From contig CAZUKY010000002.1 of NCBI GenBank assembly GCA_964621085.1, positions 22,637 to 86,636 of the forward strand: a stretch of 64,000 nt of DNA, read 5' to 3'. The notes beneath the pieces were generated by a model. That model did not search any database. It was given only the letters and a program-made list of their open reading frames with translations, and was not told the DNA's origin. Origin of the DNA: an uncultured Gammaproteobacteria bacterium (GTDB lineage Bacteria; Patescibacteriota; Patescibacteriia; JACQRZ01). This document shows, one piece after another, positions 27,095 through 37,675 of the stretch (its first letter is position 1; the number at the start of each line of letters is the position of its first letter). Both the position numbers and the translations under genes were made by a program.

Positions 27095-27673
27095 ATGATC
27101 GGGTATTTGCGCGGAACCATTGCAGCAAAGCGGGAACAGACAGTTCTTCTTGATGTGTCGGGTGTCGGCTATGTCGTGCATCTGTCGGTAGCGGCCCTCC
27201 AGCGCTTTTCTGTCGGTGATACTGCCGCGTACTCCATTTATCACTATGTGCGCGAGGATGCGTCTGAGCTATTCGGTTTTGAGAAGGAAGACGAACTTCG
27301 TTTTTTTGAGCGCCTCCTTTCTGTTTCTGGTGTCGGCCCCAAGACCGCTCTTTCGATTATCGGAGTAGCATCACTTGAGCGCTTGATCGAGGCGATCGGT
27401 CGGGGAGATGCAGCGCTGTTCAAAACGGTCTCGGGCGTCGGGAGTAAGACAGCCGAGCGGATCGTTGTTGAGCTAAAAAATTCTTCCGCACTCTTCCATA
27501 TCCCGAGCGGCCACGCGGAGCGGAGCGCTCCCGGCGATGCGGACATTATTGAGGCACTCATCGGGCTCGGCTATTCTGCGTCCCAGGCGCGCGATGCCGT
27601 TCGCTCCATTCCGGCCGAGCTCGTATCTGCAGAGGATCGTTTGAAGTGCGCCTTGAAAATACTCGCGCGATAA
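27095..27673 (+). CDS. ruvA: Holliday junction branch-migration protein RuvA
   Basis: MIGYLRGTIAAK...VLLDVSGVGYVVHLS..FGF..ERLLSVSGVGPKTALSII is canonical RuvA domain I/II sequence. Confidence 0.85.
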   Translation: MIGYLRGTIAAKREQTVLLDVSGVGYVVHLSVAALQRFSVGDTAAYSIYHYVREDASELFGFEKEDELRFFERLLSVSGVGPKTALSIIGVASLERLIEAIGRGDAALFKTVSGVGSKTAERIVVELKNSSALFHIPSGHAERSAPGDADIIEALIGLGYSASQARDAVRSIPAELVSAEDRLKCALKILAR

Positions 27674-27682
27674 TCCATCGAA

Positions 27683-28669
27683 GTGATGACATCACAAGAG
27701 ATTCCAGCAAGGTGGGATCAGCGACTCATCGGTGATCCGTTTCCGCAATTTTTGCAATCTTCGGCGTGGGCGGCATTCCAGTCGTCGCTTTCCCGGGAGC
27801 TCTTTTTCATTCATGATGAAGAGTTTTCGTACCAGGGCATGGGTGTTCGCCTGCCGTTGGGTCGTGCAGGATCCTATCTCTTCTTTCCGCGGGGCCCGTA
27901 CGTGCGAGATGGGGAGGCATTCGCACGGTTTTGCGACGAGGCAACCGCACTTTGCCGGAAAAAAAATTTTCTTTTTTTCCGCTGTGAGCCGATCGGGACG
28001 TCGGATGTCCAGATCCCCAAAACCCTCAAAAAAACCACCGCCATCCATCCTGCCGATACGTTGTGTGTCGACCTCTCGAAAAGCGAAGAAGAGCTGTTTT
28101 ACTCACTACATCAAAAGACACGCTATAATATTCGGTTGGCGCAAAAAAAAGGCGTACGCGTGAGCGATGAATTGTCTGAAGGAAGGATCGAGGATTTTTT
28201 GCGGCTGCTGAGGAAAACATCCGAGCGCCAACCGTTCTCGACACATCCAGCAGAATACTATCGCGCGCTCATCCGTTTTTTCTCCACACCGGCACCCCAA
28301 AGGCCGATCGGTATCCGTTTGTATTCCGCTATCCATCATGATATATGTATAGCGAACATATGCGTTCTGGAATTCGGTCCGATCGCCGTGTATCTCCACG
28401 GGGCGAGCGATTATGCGGCGCGCGACCTCATGGCGCCGGCTCTTCTTCAGTGGGAGGCGATGCTGAGCGCTAAACGGCGCGGATGTCAGACTTATGACTT
28501 TTGGGGAATAACACCATCGGCTGATCCGCATCATCCCTGGGCAGGCATTACTCGATTTAAAAAAGGATTCGGCGGCACGGTTGTCTCGTATCCGGGCACT
28601 TTTGACTCCGCCTGCAGCCCCCTGTACCAAGTGTATGCATTCGCCCGGCGGGTACTGAAAGGGCGGTGA
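27683..28669 (+). CDS. FemAB-family peptidoglycan interpeptide-bridge aminoacyltransferase (FemX-like)
   Basis: C-terminal region ..MAPALLQWEAMLSAKRRGCQTYDFWGI..WAGITRFKKGFGG matches the FemAB family pattern. 328 aa. Confidence 0.6.
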   Translation: MMTSQEIPARWDQRLIGDPFPQFLQSSAWAAFQSSLSRELFFIHDEEFSYQGMGVRLPLGRAGSYLFFPRGPYVRDGEAFARFCDEATALCRKKNFLFFRCEPIGTSDVQIPKTLKKTTAIHPADTLCVDLSKSEEELFYSLHQKTRYNIRLAQKKGVRVSDELSEGRIEDFLRLLRKTSERQPFSTHPAEYYRALIRFFSTPAPQRPIGIRLYSAIHHDICIANICVLEFGPIAVYLHGASDYAARDLMAPALLQWEAMLSAKRRGCQTYDFWGITPSADPHHPWAGITRFKKGFGGTVVSYPGTFDSACSPLYQVYAFARRVLKGR

Positions 28670-28848
28670 GAGTTATGTCCTCCTCGGGAGCGTTCCTTCA
28701 GGCGCCGCCCGCAGCCGGCAAGCATGGCTTTTCGAGAGAAACGAGAAAATTGCCGGCGAGGACAGAGGCGGATTCTCGCAGGGAATCCGCCGTGCGGCTG
28801 AAGGAATGCCCCCGAGTGATGCAGTGCAAAGTTCGCACTCATTTCCCC

Positions 28849-28920
28849 GCTCTCGTATTTTAATGGATAAAATACCTCCCTCCGAAGGAGGTGATAGGGG
28901 TTCGATTCCCTTCGAGAGCA
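28849..28920 (+). tRNA. tRNA-Arg (anticodon CCG)
   Basis: Manual fold: acceptor GCTCTCG/CGAGAGC, anticodon stem CCTCC/GGAGG with loop CTCCGAA, T-arm AGGGG-TTCGATT-CCCTT, discriminator A. The D-arm is AU-rich with an AATGGATA loop, shared with the Arg-TCG tRNA at 49820. No encoded CCA. Confidence 0.6.
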
Positions 28921-28944
28921 GAGAAATGAGAGTGAAAGCTGACT

Positions 28945-29496
28945 ATGGAACTAACTTTCCTTCTGATACTTCTGGCCGTCCTCGGCACCTTTTCGTACGC
29001 GAGCGTAAGCGCTGCTCCATGGGTGCCGATTCGGTCGCGTGACGTGAGACGCGCTCTTGATTTGGCCCAGATACAGCCCGGCGAGCGGCTGTACGATCTC
29101 GGATGCGGCGATGGCCGCATCGTGTTCGGGGCAGGCGCGCGGGGCGCGAAAGGCGTTGGTTTTGAGATCTCTCTTTTGCCCTACAGTATCGGAAAGATCC
29201 GCCAACTCATTTCCGGATCGAAACGCGGCAGGATTCTCTATCGGGATCTGTGGCGGGTCTCATTGGCCGATGCGGATATTGTCTACGTGTTTCTCATGCC
29301 GAAAATGTACCCGCGGCTGCAGGAAAAATTCCTGCGCGAGCTCTCACCTCAAACACGCATCATCGCGCATGCATGGCCCTTCCCTGGATGGGTGCCGGAA
29401 AAGATCGATGACGAGGCCGGACGCCTGAAACTCTACCGATATCGCCTTAAAACCGCCTTGAACACAATAAGTGAACAGAAAAATTCATTTAAATAA
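28945..29496 (+). CDS. Class I SAM-dependent methyltransferase with N-terminal TM segment
   Basis: Motif I LYDLGCGDGRIVFGAGARGAKGVGFEIS. Hydrophobic N-terminus. Confidence 0.6.
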   Translation: MELTFLLILLAVLGTFSYASVSAAPWVPIRSRDVRRALDLAQIQPGERLYDLGCGDGRIVFGAGARGAKGVGFEISLLPYSIGKIRQLISGSKRGRILYRDLWRVSLADADIVYVFLMPKMYPRLQEKFLRELSPQTRIIAHAWPFPGWVPEKIDDEAGRLKLYRYRLKTALNTISEQKNSFK

Positions 29497-29772
29497 AAAG
29501 GAAAATAGGCACTCCAAGTCAAAAGGTCTAAAAACACTGAGTAGGGAAGTGACTCAAGAAAATATAACGAATGCATGCCGACAGATCGGGATATATTTGG
29601 GGAAAAGAGAAAATTTTATTATAAATTAAGGAATTTTTTGTGGATAAGTTGGGGATGAACCGGACGTTCCTGTTGATACCATTGGTTGTTCGCTTGAAAA
29701 TATAAGGGAAAATGGCATTTTCCGGATCATTATTTGCAAAATAAAAGCTATTTTAAATAGTCAAAATACATC

Positions 29773-29801
29773 TTGACATGTATGAAGGCACGCGGTATCA
29801 T
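29773..29801 (+). promoter_or_regulatory. Sigma70-type promoter for the rpoBC operon (TTGACA-17-TATCAT)
   Basis: ttgaca(29773-29778), 17 nt, tatcat(29796-29801). Lies at the end of an AT-rich tract, about 265 nt upstream of rpoB. Confidence 0.5.
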
Positions 29802-29936
29802 TCCACATACCCTGCTTTTATCAGATATTCACGGGTAAACATGTTTTTGGGCCACATGTTGAAGTGAGTCGTTCGACTTCACCGGCATTTAATTATTGCC
29901 TGGTGATCGTTTTTTTATCTCTACGACTTTCACAGC

Positions 29937-30045
29937 TGGCGCATTTCCTCGCGTGTTAGGTTGATTCGGGGGTTCCAGCTCCGGTGCTCGACGCTGTATT
30001 CTCAAATACAGCTTACTCCGCTCATCGCTGGCACCTTGAACTGCA
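29937..30045 (+). other. Conserved non-coding element, copy A, within the rpoB leader, enclosed by a 14-bp long-range stem
   Basis: Shares the blocks tggcgcatttcCtcg, ctccggtgctcgacgctgtat, atacagcttactccgctc and ccttgaactgca with 42569-42660. The internal hairpin gctgtat/atacagc has a variable loop. Flanking stem gactttcacagctg (29925-29938) pairs with cagctgtgaaagtc (30048-30061). Confidence 0.6.
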
Positions 30046-30065
30046 CTCAGCTGTGAAAGTCGTGT

Positions 30066-33000
30066 TTGGCAAAAAATTTCCTTCTTAAATTTTTTTCGTC
30101 ACCTATGGGAGCACCGCGCACGTTTTTTACCAAGGAGCATAACGTCATTCCTCTTCCTGATCTGATCGAGGTTCAGAAGAACTCGTACAAGTGGTTTCTG
30201 GACTCGGGACTTCGCCAGCTGCTTGACGAAGTTTCGCCGGTGAAGGATTTCACCGGTCGCGATCTTGAGTTGTCCTTCCTGGATTACTATCTCGACGAGC
30301 CGAAGTTCGACGAGAAGACGAGTTTGTCAAAAAACCTAACGTTTGAGAGCGCGCTGTGGATCCGGACGCGCCTCATGAATCGCCGCACGAACGAGACCAA
30401 GGACCAGGACATCTATCTCGGCGACTTTCCGCTCATGACCGATCGAGGCACGTTTATCATCAACGGTGTCGAACGCGTGGTCGTCTCGCAGCTGATCCGC
30501 TCGGCGGGCGTTTTTTTCACCTCTCAGGTTATGCGCGGATCTGACCGGCGCGCCTACGGTGCCAAGTTGATCCCGAACCGCGGGGCATGGCTCGAGTTCG
30601 AGACGGATGACAACGGCGTCATCTCGGTAAAGATCGATCGCAAGAGAAAGATCGCGGCAACCGCCCTGCTGCGCGCATTCGGATACTCGTCTGACGAGGA
30701 GATCCTCAAGCTTTTTGAAACCGTTGATGTCCATCCCGACATCCGGTACATAGAATCGACCCTTGCAAAAGACGCCTCGACCGATGAAACCACCGGTCTT
30801 GTTGAGGTGTACAAGCGCATTCGTCCCGGCGACTTGGCAACGCCCGATAACGCCCGCTCCCTTATCCATGACATGTTTTTCCGTTTTGATCGGTACGACC
30901 TCAGTCCGGTCGGACGCCATAAGATGAACCAGCGGTTTTCCCTCGGGTTCGACCCCAAAACGAAAGAGGGGCGCGTGCTTCATCGCGAAGACATCGTCTC
31001 GATCATCGCCGAGATTATCTCCTACAACATCTCGCAGCGCGAACCTGATGATATTGACCACCTCGGCAACCGCCGCATCCGCGCAGTTGGCGAGCTGATC
31101 CAGAACAAGTTCAGGGTCGGCTTGGTCCGCATGGAGCGCATCATCAAGGATCGCATGAGTACTCTGGACATCGATACCATCACGCCGACAAAGCTGATTA
31201 ACGCGCGTCCGGTCATCATTGCCGTGAAGGAGTTTTTCATGTCGTCCCAGCTCTCGCAGTTCATGGATCAGACCAATCCGCTGTCGGAGTTGGAGCACAA
31301 GCGGCGCATCTCGGCGCTCGGCCCCGGAGGCCTTTCCCGCGAACGCGCCGGATTCGAGGTGCGCGACGTGCATCCTACCCACTACGGACGCATCTGTCCG
31401 ATCGCCACGCCCGAAGGTCCGAACATCGGACTGGTCGGCCATCTGTCCTCGCACGCCCGCCTGAACGAGTTCGGGTTTATCGAGACGCCGTTCCGAAAGG
31501 TTGTGAAAGAGACCGGAGCGAACGGAGAGACGCGCGCACGGGTGACGAATGATGTCGAATACTTGGACGCCTTCATAGAAGAAAAGCATGTCACGACCGC
31601 CGCGACGACGCCCATCGACGACAAGGGATACTTCGCAACGGAGCGCGCCGAGGTTCGCAAATACGGACAGCCGGCACTAGACGCGTCGGATGCGGTTGAG
31701 TATATGGACGTCGCATCCAATCAGATCGTCTCCGTTTCCACCTCACTGATTCCATTTCTCGAGCATGACGACGCGGCGCGCGCATTGATGGGAACGAATA
31801 TGCAGCGCCAGGCGGTTCCGCTCGTGCGCCCGCAGCGTCCGATCGTCGGCACCGGCGTGGAACACCGCGCGGCCTACGACTCGGGGCGCATGCTGATCAA
31901 TGAAGAAGATGGCACGGTCATCGGGGTAGAGGCGGATCAGATCACCATCCAGTCAGATTCAGAGGAAATCAAGGCATACCCGCTTACGAAATTTTTGCGT
32001 TCAAACGCCTCTACCTGCATTAACCAAAAGCCGATCGTGGCAAAAGGGGATCGCGTAAAGGCGGGGGACGTGCTTGCCGACGGGCCGGCGACGAACGACG
32101 GCGAACTCGCACTCGGACAAAACGTGCTTGTCGGTTTCATGTCGTGGGAACTGGGAAACTACGAAGACGCCATTCTGATTTCCGAGCGCATGGTTCAGGG
32201 AGATCGGTTTACCTCCATTCACATCGAAAACTACATGCTCTCGGTTCGCGATACGAAACTCGGCCCCGAGGTCATCACGCGCGACATCCCCAACATCAGC
32301 GAGGAAAAGCTGAAGGATCTGGATGAGGATGGCATTGTCCGCATTGGCGCAGAGGTGTCATCCGGAGACATTCTTGTCGGCAAAATCACGCCGAAGGGCG
32401 AAACCGAACTCTCGCCCGAGGAAAAGCTGTTGCGCGCAATTTTTGGCGAGAAGGCAAAAGATATCCGCGACTCCTCGCTGTATCTTGAGCATGGCGAACA
32501 CGGCAAGGTGATCGACGTGAAGATCTTCTCGCGCAAAAACGGCGACAAGCTCCCGTCCGGTGTTATCAAGAACGTCCAGGTGACCGTCGCCCATCTTCGA
32601 AAAATCCAAGTCGGCGACAAGATGGCAGGACGCCACGGAAACAAGGGCGTCATCTCCCGCGTCGTGCCGGTCGAGGATATGCCGCTGCTTCCGGACGGCC
32701 GGCCGTTGGACATCGTGCTCTCTCCGTTGGGCGTCATCTCTCGTATGAACTTGGGGCAGATTCTTGAGACGCATCTTGGACTCGCGGCGCGCAAGCTGCA
32801 TATCACGGTCGCGACGCCCGCGCTGGACGGAATCACCGAAGAGACGATCAAAGACCTTCTCGTTCAGGCTGGCTACGAGCCGGACGGAAAGCGACAGCTC
32901 TACGATGGGCGCACAGGCGAGCCGTTCCAGGAAAAGACCGTCGTCGGCAAGATGTATATGATGAAACTGATCCACATGGTCGAGGACAAGATCCACCAGC

Positions 33001-33341
33001 GCTCGATCGGTCCGTACTCGCTTATCACGCAGCAGCCGCTCGGCGGTAAGGCGCAGTCCGGCGGCCAGCGCTTCGGTGAGATGGAAGTCTGGGCGCTTGA
33101 AGCCTATGGCGCCGCGCACACGCTTCAGGAAATTTTGACGATCAAATCCGATGACGTGACCGGCCGGTCGAAGGCATATGAGGCGATCATCAAGGGAGAG
33201 CCGATCCAAAAGGTGAACGTACCGGAGGCATTCAATGTTCTCGTACGCGAGTTGAAGGGACTGTGCCTTGATGTCGAACTAATAAAGGAGACGGGCGACG
33301 ATGATGCACTCGAGGATGAAGAAGAGCGTGCATCCGAGTAG
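30066..33341 (+). CDS. rpoB: DNA-directed RNA polymerase subunit beta
   Basis: Conserved RpoB blocks (..[11 protein letters not shown].., ..[10 protein letters not shown].., ..NMQRQAVPL.., ..[57 protein letters not shown]). 1091 aa. Confidence 0.95.
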   Translation: MAKNFLLKFFSSPMGAPRTFFTKEHNVIPLPDLIEVQKNSYKWFLDSGLRQLLDEVSPVKDFTGRDLELSFLDYYLDEPKFDEKTSLSKNLTFESALWIRTRLMNRRTNETKDQDIYLGDFPLMTDRGTFIINGVERVVVSQLIRSAGVFFTSQVMRGSDRRAYGAKLIPNRGAWLEFETDDNGVISVKIDRKRKIAATALLRAFGYSSDEEILKLFETVDVHPDIRYIESTLAKDASTDETTGLVEVYKRIRPGDLATPDNARSLIHDMFFRFDRYDLSPVGRHKMNQRFSLGFDPKTKEGRVLHREDIVSIIAEIISYNISQREPDDIDHLGNRRIRAVGELIQNKFRVGLVRMERIIKDRMSTLDIDTITPTKLINARPVIIAVKEFFMSSQLSQFMDQTNPLSELEHKRRISALGPGGLSRERAGFEVRDVHPTHYGRICPIATPEGPNIGLVGHLSSHARLNEFGFIETPFRKVVKETGANGETRARVTNDVEYLDAFIEEKHVTTAATTPIDDKGYFATERAEVRKYGQPALDASDAVEYMDVASNQIVSVSTSLIPFLEHDDAARALMGTNMQRQAVPLVRPQRPIVGTGVEHRAAYDSGRMLINEEDGTVIGVEADQITIQSDSEEIKAYPLTKFLRSNASTCINQKPIVAKGDRVKAGDVLADGPATNDGELALGQNVLVGFMSWELGNYEDAILISERMVQGDRFTSIHIENYMLSVRDTKLGPEVITRDIPNISEEKLKDLDEDGIVRIGAEVSSGDILVGKITPKGETELSPEEKLLRAIFGEKAKDIRDSSLYLEHGEHGKVIDVKIFSRKNGDKLPSGVIKNVQVTVAHLRKIQVGDKMAGRHGNKGVISRVVPVEDMPLLPDGRPLDIVLSPLGVISRMNLGQILETHLGLAARKLHITVATPALDGITEETIKDLLVQAGYEPDGKRQLYDGRTGEPFQEKTVVGKMYMMKLIHMVEDKIHQRSIGPYSLITQQPLGGKAQSGGQRFGEMEVWALEAYGAAHTLQEILTIKSDDVTGRSKAYEAIIKGEPIQKVNVPEAFNVLVRELKGLCLDVELIKETGDDDALEDEEERASE

Positions 33342-33408
33342 GGGTACGTCGCATACTTTGTATCACCCAACCACTTAGGAAACACTAACAATCATTCGCC
33401 TGTAGCCT

Positions 33409-36400
33409 ATGCCGTACGACGACAAAAAGGACTCCATCTCCACATTCGATTTTGATGCTATCCGTCTCAAGCTGGCATCCCCGGCTGACATACACCGCTG
33501 GTCCTACGGCGAGGTGACGCGGCCCGAGACGATCAACTACCGCACACAGCGTCCCGAAAAAGACGGCCTGTTTTCCGAACGCATCTTCGGGCCAACGAAG
33601 GACTGGGAGTGTTACTGCGGCAAGTACAAAAAGATCCGGTATAAAGGGATCATCTGCGATAAGTGCGGAGTGGAGGTGACGCGCTCGATCGTCCGCCGCG
33701 AACGGATGGGACACATCGATCTGGCGTCGCCGGTTTCGCATATCTGGTTTTTGCGCGGCGTGCCGTCAAAGATCGGCCTTATTCTCGATATCTCGGTGCA
33801 GAATCTCGAGAAGGTTATTTATTTTGCAAGTTTTATCATTACCAAGGTCGATGAGCAGTTAAAGGCGGCAGAGCTCGAACGACTTTCTCAAGAGTACAAG
33901 CAGGCGAAAAAGCAGATCGAGAACGAGTGGAATCAAAAAGCGAACGAGGCGCGCAGCCGCGCAGAAAAAGAAGGTGGCAGCGAGAAACAACTTGGGGATG
34001 CCCTCGCGCACGTCGAGGAAGGAAAGCGCGCTGCACTCGAGGCGCTTGATGTTCGCGCCACAGCAGCAGAGGAGGAGTTGAAAGGACTGAAAGTTCTCAA
34101 GATCATCAGCGACAGCAGCTACCGAGAGCTTTCTGAAAAATACGGCCACATCTTCGAAGCGGGCATCGGCGCCGAGGCAATCCGCGCACTGCTCGAACGT
34201 TTGGATTTGAAAAAAGCGGAAAAAGAGCTTGAGGAAGAAATCGCGGATTCCCAAGGCTTGAAAAAGGAAAAGCTGATTCGGCGATCAAAACTGATCAAGA
34301 GCTTTTTGGCAAACGGGCTTCGCCCCGAGTGGATGATCCTGACGACCGTTCCCATTATCCCTCCTGACTTGCGACCCATGGTCGCGCTGGATGGCGGCCG
34401 TTTCGCAACGTCCGATCTGAACGATCTGTATCGCCGTGTCATCAATCGGAACAACCGTCTCAAGCAGCTTATCGAGCTTCGTGCGCCGGAAGTGATCTGC
34501 CGCAACGAGAAGCGCATGCTTCAGGAGGCTGTTGATGCGCTTATCGACAACTCGGCGCGGCATGGCAAGACGGTCATGGCATCGACGGGGCAGAAGCGTC
34601 AGCTCAAGTCCCTCGCCGACATGCTCAAGGGAAAGCGCGGCCGTTTCCGGCAGAACCTGCTCGGAAAACGCATCGACTATTCCGGCCGCAGCGTCATCGT
34701 GGTCGGTCCCTCGCTCAAGATTCATCAGTGCGGGCTTCCCAAGCGCATGGCGTTGGACCTCTTCAAGCCGTTCATCATGTCGCAGCTCATTAAGCGCGGA
34801 TATGTGTTTAATGTGCGCAGCGCATCACGGTTCATCGAGACGGGCCGTGACGAGGTCTGGGATATCCTCGAGGAGATCGTGCGCGACTCGTATGTGCTTC
34901 TTAACCGCGCTCCAACCCTCCACCGCCTCGGCATTCAGGCATTCAAACCGATTCTTATCGAGGGAAAGGCGATTCAGATCCATCCGCTCGTCTGTTCGGC
35001 GTTCAACGCCGACTTCGATGGCGACCAGATGGCAGTCCACGTTCCGCTCTCAGACGAAGCCCGTGCGGAAGCCGCACAGCTCATGCTCGCAAGTCGGAAC
35101 TTGCTCAAGCCGGCGACGGGCGACCCGATCGCAATGCCGAACCAGGACATCGTCTGGGGCGCGTTTTTTATGACCTTCATGTCCGAAGAAGAAGAGGCGC
35201 GAGACGAGAAGGAGGTGCGCCGGTTTGCCGACGAGTCCGACGCGCTCTGCGCCTACTCGCTCGGAACAATCGGTCTGCAGGAAAAAATCGCCGTCCGTCC
35301 GTCCCCCGAACTTGCCGCACGGCTGGGCGAAGAGAAGCCTGGAACCATTCTCACGACCGCGGGTCGCATTCTTTTGAACGGCCATCTGCCGCCCGAGCTT
35401 CCGTTTTACAACCAGCGGCTCAACAAAAAGGCGACACAGGCTGTTATTGCCTTGTGCCTCGAGCGTTGCGGGATGGACCGCACAGCGGTTTTACTCGACG
35501 AAATCAAGGAGCTCTGCGGCCGCTATCTGACCCGCTCCGGCCTTTCGTTTGGTATGGACGACATTCCGACGCTCGGCGCCAAAGAGGAACTCATCGCAGA
35601 GGCGGAGAAGAAAATCGACGAGGTGCAGTCCCAGTATGAGATGGGTCTTTTGACCTATAATGAACGCAAAAACAGAATCATCACCATTTGGACGGAGGCG
35701 CGGGAAAAGATCTCGAAATTGTCGAGCGGATCGATCAATAAGAACGGATCAGTGTTTTCGATCATCGAATCCGGTGCACGTGGCACCTGGGCGCAGCTGA
35801 ACCAGATTATCGGCATGAAGGGCCTTGTGTCTTCTCCGTCAGGCGAGACGATCGAGCTGGCGGTTAAGAGCAGTTTCAAGGAAGGACTGGGCGTTTTGGA
35901 GTACTTCATTTCAACGCACGGCGCGCGCAAAGGACTTGCCGATACGGCATTGCGCACTTCGAGCGCGGGATATCTGACGCGCCGCCTCGTCGATGTTGCG
36001 CAGGATGTCGTTATCAACGAGGCCGATTGCGGCGATACGGAAGGATTTTCCATCGACAAGAAAGAGTCCGAACGCAGAGACCTTGATTTTTACGAGCGCG
36101 TGCTTGGACGCATGAGCATTGCCGACGTTAAAGACGGCGCCAAAACCATCGTCAAGCGCAATGAGGTGTTTCGAAAGGATGCCGTCGATGCGCTTCGGGC
36201 AGCGGGAATCGAACGCGTTGCCGTCCGTTCTCTCTTGACATGCAAGAGCGTCAGGGGCGTCTGCCAGCTGTGTTACGGTGTTGACCTTGCTATCAACGAT
36301 ACGGTCCGTCTCGGCACGGCAGTCGGGATCATCGCCGCCCAGAGTCTTGGCGAGCCCGGTACCCAGCTGACGATGCGTACGTTCCATACCGGAGGTGTGG

Positions 36401-37419
36401 CTGGCATCGGCGACATCACGCAAGGTATCCCACGCGTTGAGGAGCTCTTCGAGGCGCGTCCTCCGAAAAACAAGGCGCTCATCGCAGAGGTTTCCGGTCG
36501 CGCAACAGTCTCGTCGAAGCAAAAGAGTGTTGTCAGTGAGAGCGGCAAAGAGATCGCCGCAAGCAGTCATGGACAGAAGGTGATCGGCATCACGTATCAG
36601 GATGCCGAAGAAGATCTGTACCGCTTTGCGCCAAAAAAGAAGAAAGAGGCAAGCGCAATCATTAACGGGGAGGAGGCGCAAAGAGCGAAGAAGGCAAAGA
36701 AAGGCGTTCTCGATGTGAAGGTATCCGACGGACAGGCGGTTGGCGAGAAAGAACTTCTCTTCATTACCGAGGACGGCGTCGAGGTGCGCGCAAAACGGGC
36801 GGGAACGGCAAAAGTTGAAAAGAGCGGTATTCGCGTATTCGTCCCGCTTGAGATGGTCAAGGAATATGTCATCCCAGCGAGCATGTACACGACCGTTGCC
36901 GACGGCGATCTGGTGTCTGCCGGCGATCCGCTGACCGAGGGAAATCTGGATCTTCAGACGGTTTTCCGGTACAAGGGTCGCGAGGCGGCACAGCGCTATA
37001 TCATTGATGAGATTCAGCACATCTACTCGTCGCAAGGCCAAAAGCTCAATGATAAGCACATCGAAGTCATTGTTCGCCAGATGTTCTCTCGGGTGTATAT
37101 TACGGATGCGGGAGAGACCGATCTTTTGTCGGGAGAGACCGTCGAGCGATCCGAATTTCTGGAGGCCAATATGGCAGCTGAGCACGAGGGGAAGCGCGCG
37201 GCGAGCGGTGAGGACCTCTTGATGGGCATCACCAAGGCCTCGCTCTCGACGCGCAGCTGGCTGTCAGCAGCATCATTCCAAGAGACGGCCCGCGTCCTTA
37301 TCAATGCGGCAATCAGCGGCAAGACCGATCGCCTGGAAGGCTTGAAAGAGAATGTTATTATTGGTCGGCTTATTCCGGTTGGAACAGGATATCGCGGAAA
37401 GGAAGAAGAAGAGGAATAA
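33409..37419 (+). CDS. rpoC: DNA-directed RNA polymerase subunit beta'
   Basis: Zn-finger CYCGKYKKIRYKGIICDKCGVEV, catalytic NADFDGDQMAVH, and trigger-loop region. 1336 aa. Confidence 0.95.
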   Translation: MPYDDKKDSISTFDFDAIRLKLASPADIHRWSYGEVTRPETINYRTQRPEKDGLFSERIFGPTKDWECYCGKYKKIRYKGIICDKCGVEVTRSIVRRERMGHIDLASPVSHIWFLRGVPSKIGLILDISVQNLEKVIYFASFIITKVDEQLKAAELERLSQEYKQAKKQIENEWNQKANEARSRAEKEGGSEKQLGDALAHVEEGKRAALEALDVRATAAEEELKGLKVLKIISDSSYRELSEKYGHIFEAGIGAEAIRALLERLDLKKAEKELEEEIADSQGLKKEKLIRRSKLIKSFLANGLRPEWMILTTVPIIPPDLRPMVALDGGRFATSDLNDLYRRVINRNNRLKQLIELRAPEVICRNEKRMLQEAVDALIDNSARHGKTVMASTGQKRQLKSLADMLKGKRGRFRQNLLGKRIDYSGRSVIVVGPSLKIHQCGLPKRMALDLFKPFIMSQLIKRGYVFNVRSASRFIETGRDEVWDILEEIVRDSYVLLNRAPTLHRLGIQAFKPILIEGKAIQIHPLVCSAFNADFDGDQMAVHVPLSDEARAEAAQLMLASRNLLKPATGDPIAMPNQDIVWGAFFMTFMSEEEEARDEKEVRRFADESDALCAYSLGTIGLQEKIAVRPSPELAARLGEEKPGTILTTAGRILLNGHLPPELPFYNQRLNKKATQAVIALCLERCGMDRTAVLLDEIKELCGRYLTRSGLSFGMDDIPTLGAKEELIAEAEKKIDEVQSQYEMGLLTYNERKNRIITIWTEAREKISKLSSGSINKNGSVFSIIESGARGTWAQLNQIIGMKGLVSSPSGETIELAVKSSFKEGLGVLEYFISTHGARKGLADTALRTSSAGYLTRRLVDVAQDVVINEADCGDTEGFSIDKKESERRDLDFYERVLGRMSIADVKDGAKTIVKRNEVFRKDAVDALRAAGIERVAVRSLLTCKSVRGVCQLCYGVDLAINDTVRLGTAVGIIAAQSLGEPGTQLTMRTFHTGGVAGIGDITQGIPRVEELFEARPPKNKALIAEVSGRATVSSKQKSVVSESGKEIAASSHGQKVIGITYQDAEEDLYRFAPKKKKEASAIINGEEAQRAKKAKKGVLDVKVSDGQAVGEKELLFITEDGVEVRAKRAGTAKVEKSGIRVFVPLEMVKEYVIPASMYTTVADGDLVSAGDPLTEGNLDLQTVFRYKGREAAQRYIIDEIQHIYSSQGQKLNDKHIEVIVRQMFSRVYITDAGETDLLSGETVERSEFLEANMAAEHEGKRAASGEDLLMGITKASLSTRSWLSAASFQETARVLINAAISGKTDRLEGLKENVIIGRLIPVGTGYRGKEEEEE

Positions 37420-37442
37420 ACGGAGTCAATTTTCCCGGAAAA

Positions 37443-37471
37443 ACGGACGCGCACTGTCGCGTCCGTTTTTC
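37443..37471 (+). terminator. Rho-independent terminator after rpoC
   Basis: acggacgcg / cactgt / cgcgtccgt stem-loop followed by ttttt. Confidence 0.7.
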
Positions 37472-37632
37472 ATCTCGGTATTATCCACGGATCTAAGTAC
37501 TCCATTAAACTCATTCTTCACCCGCCACCCTTCGTCGATGAATAGCACGTATTCACCTCCTTAGGCTTTATTGTTTTCGCTCGAAATTCCAGAGTCATAC
37601 GGGATGAAAATTAATGTAATGGAGTACTAGTA

Positions 37633-37660
37633 TTGAATAGTCCGTAAAAAAAACTATACT
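37633..37660 (+). promoter_or_regulatory. Putative promoter for ftsK (TTGAAT-16-TATACT)
   Basis: ttgaat(37633-38), 16 nt, tatact(37655-60), 16 nt upstream of the ATG. Confidence 0.4.
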
Positions 37661-37675
37661 GAAAGGGTATGGGAT

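Noticed and set aside
28666-28863. 65-aa ORF between femX-like gene and tRNA-Arg(CCG)
   Set aside because: It overlaps the tRNA gene, has Arg-rich GC-frame composition and no start context. Most likely non-coding.
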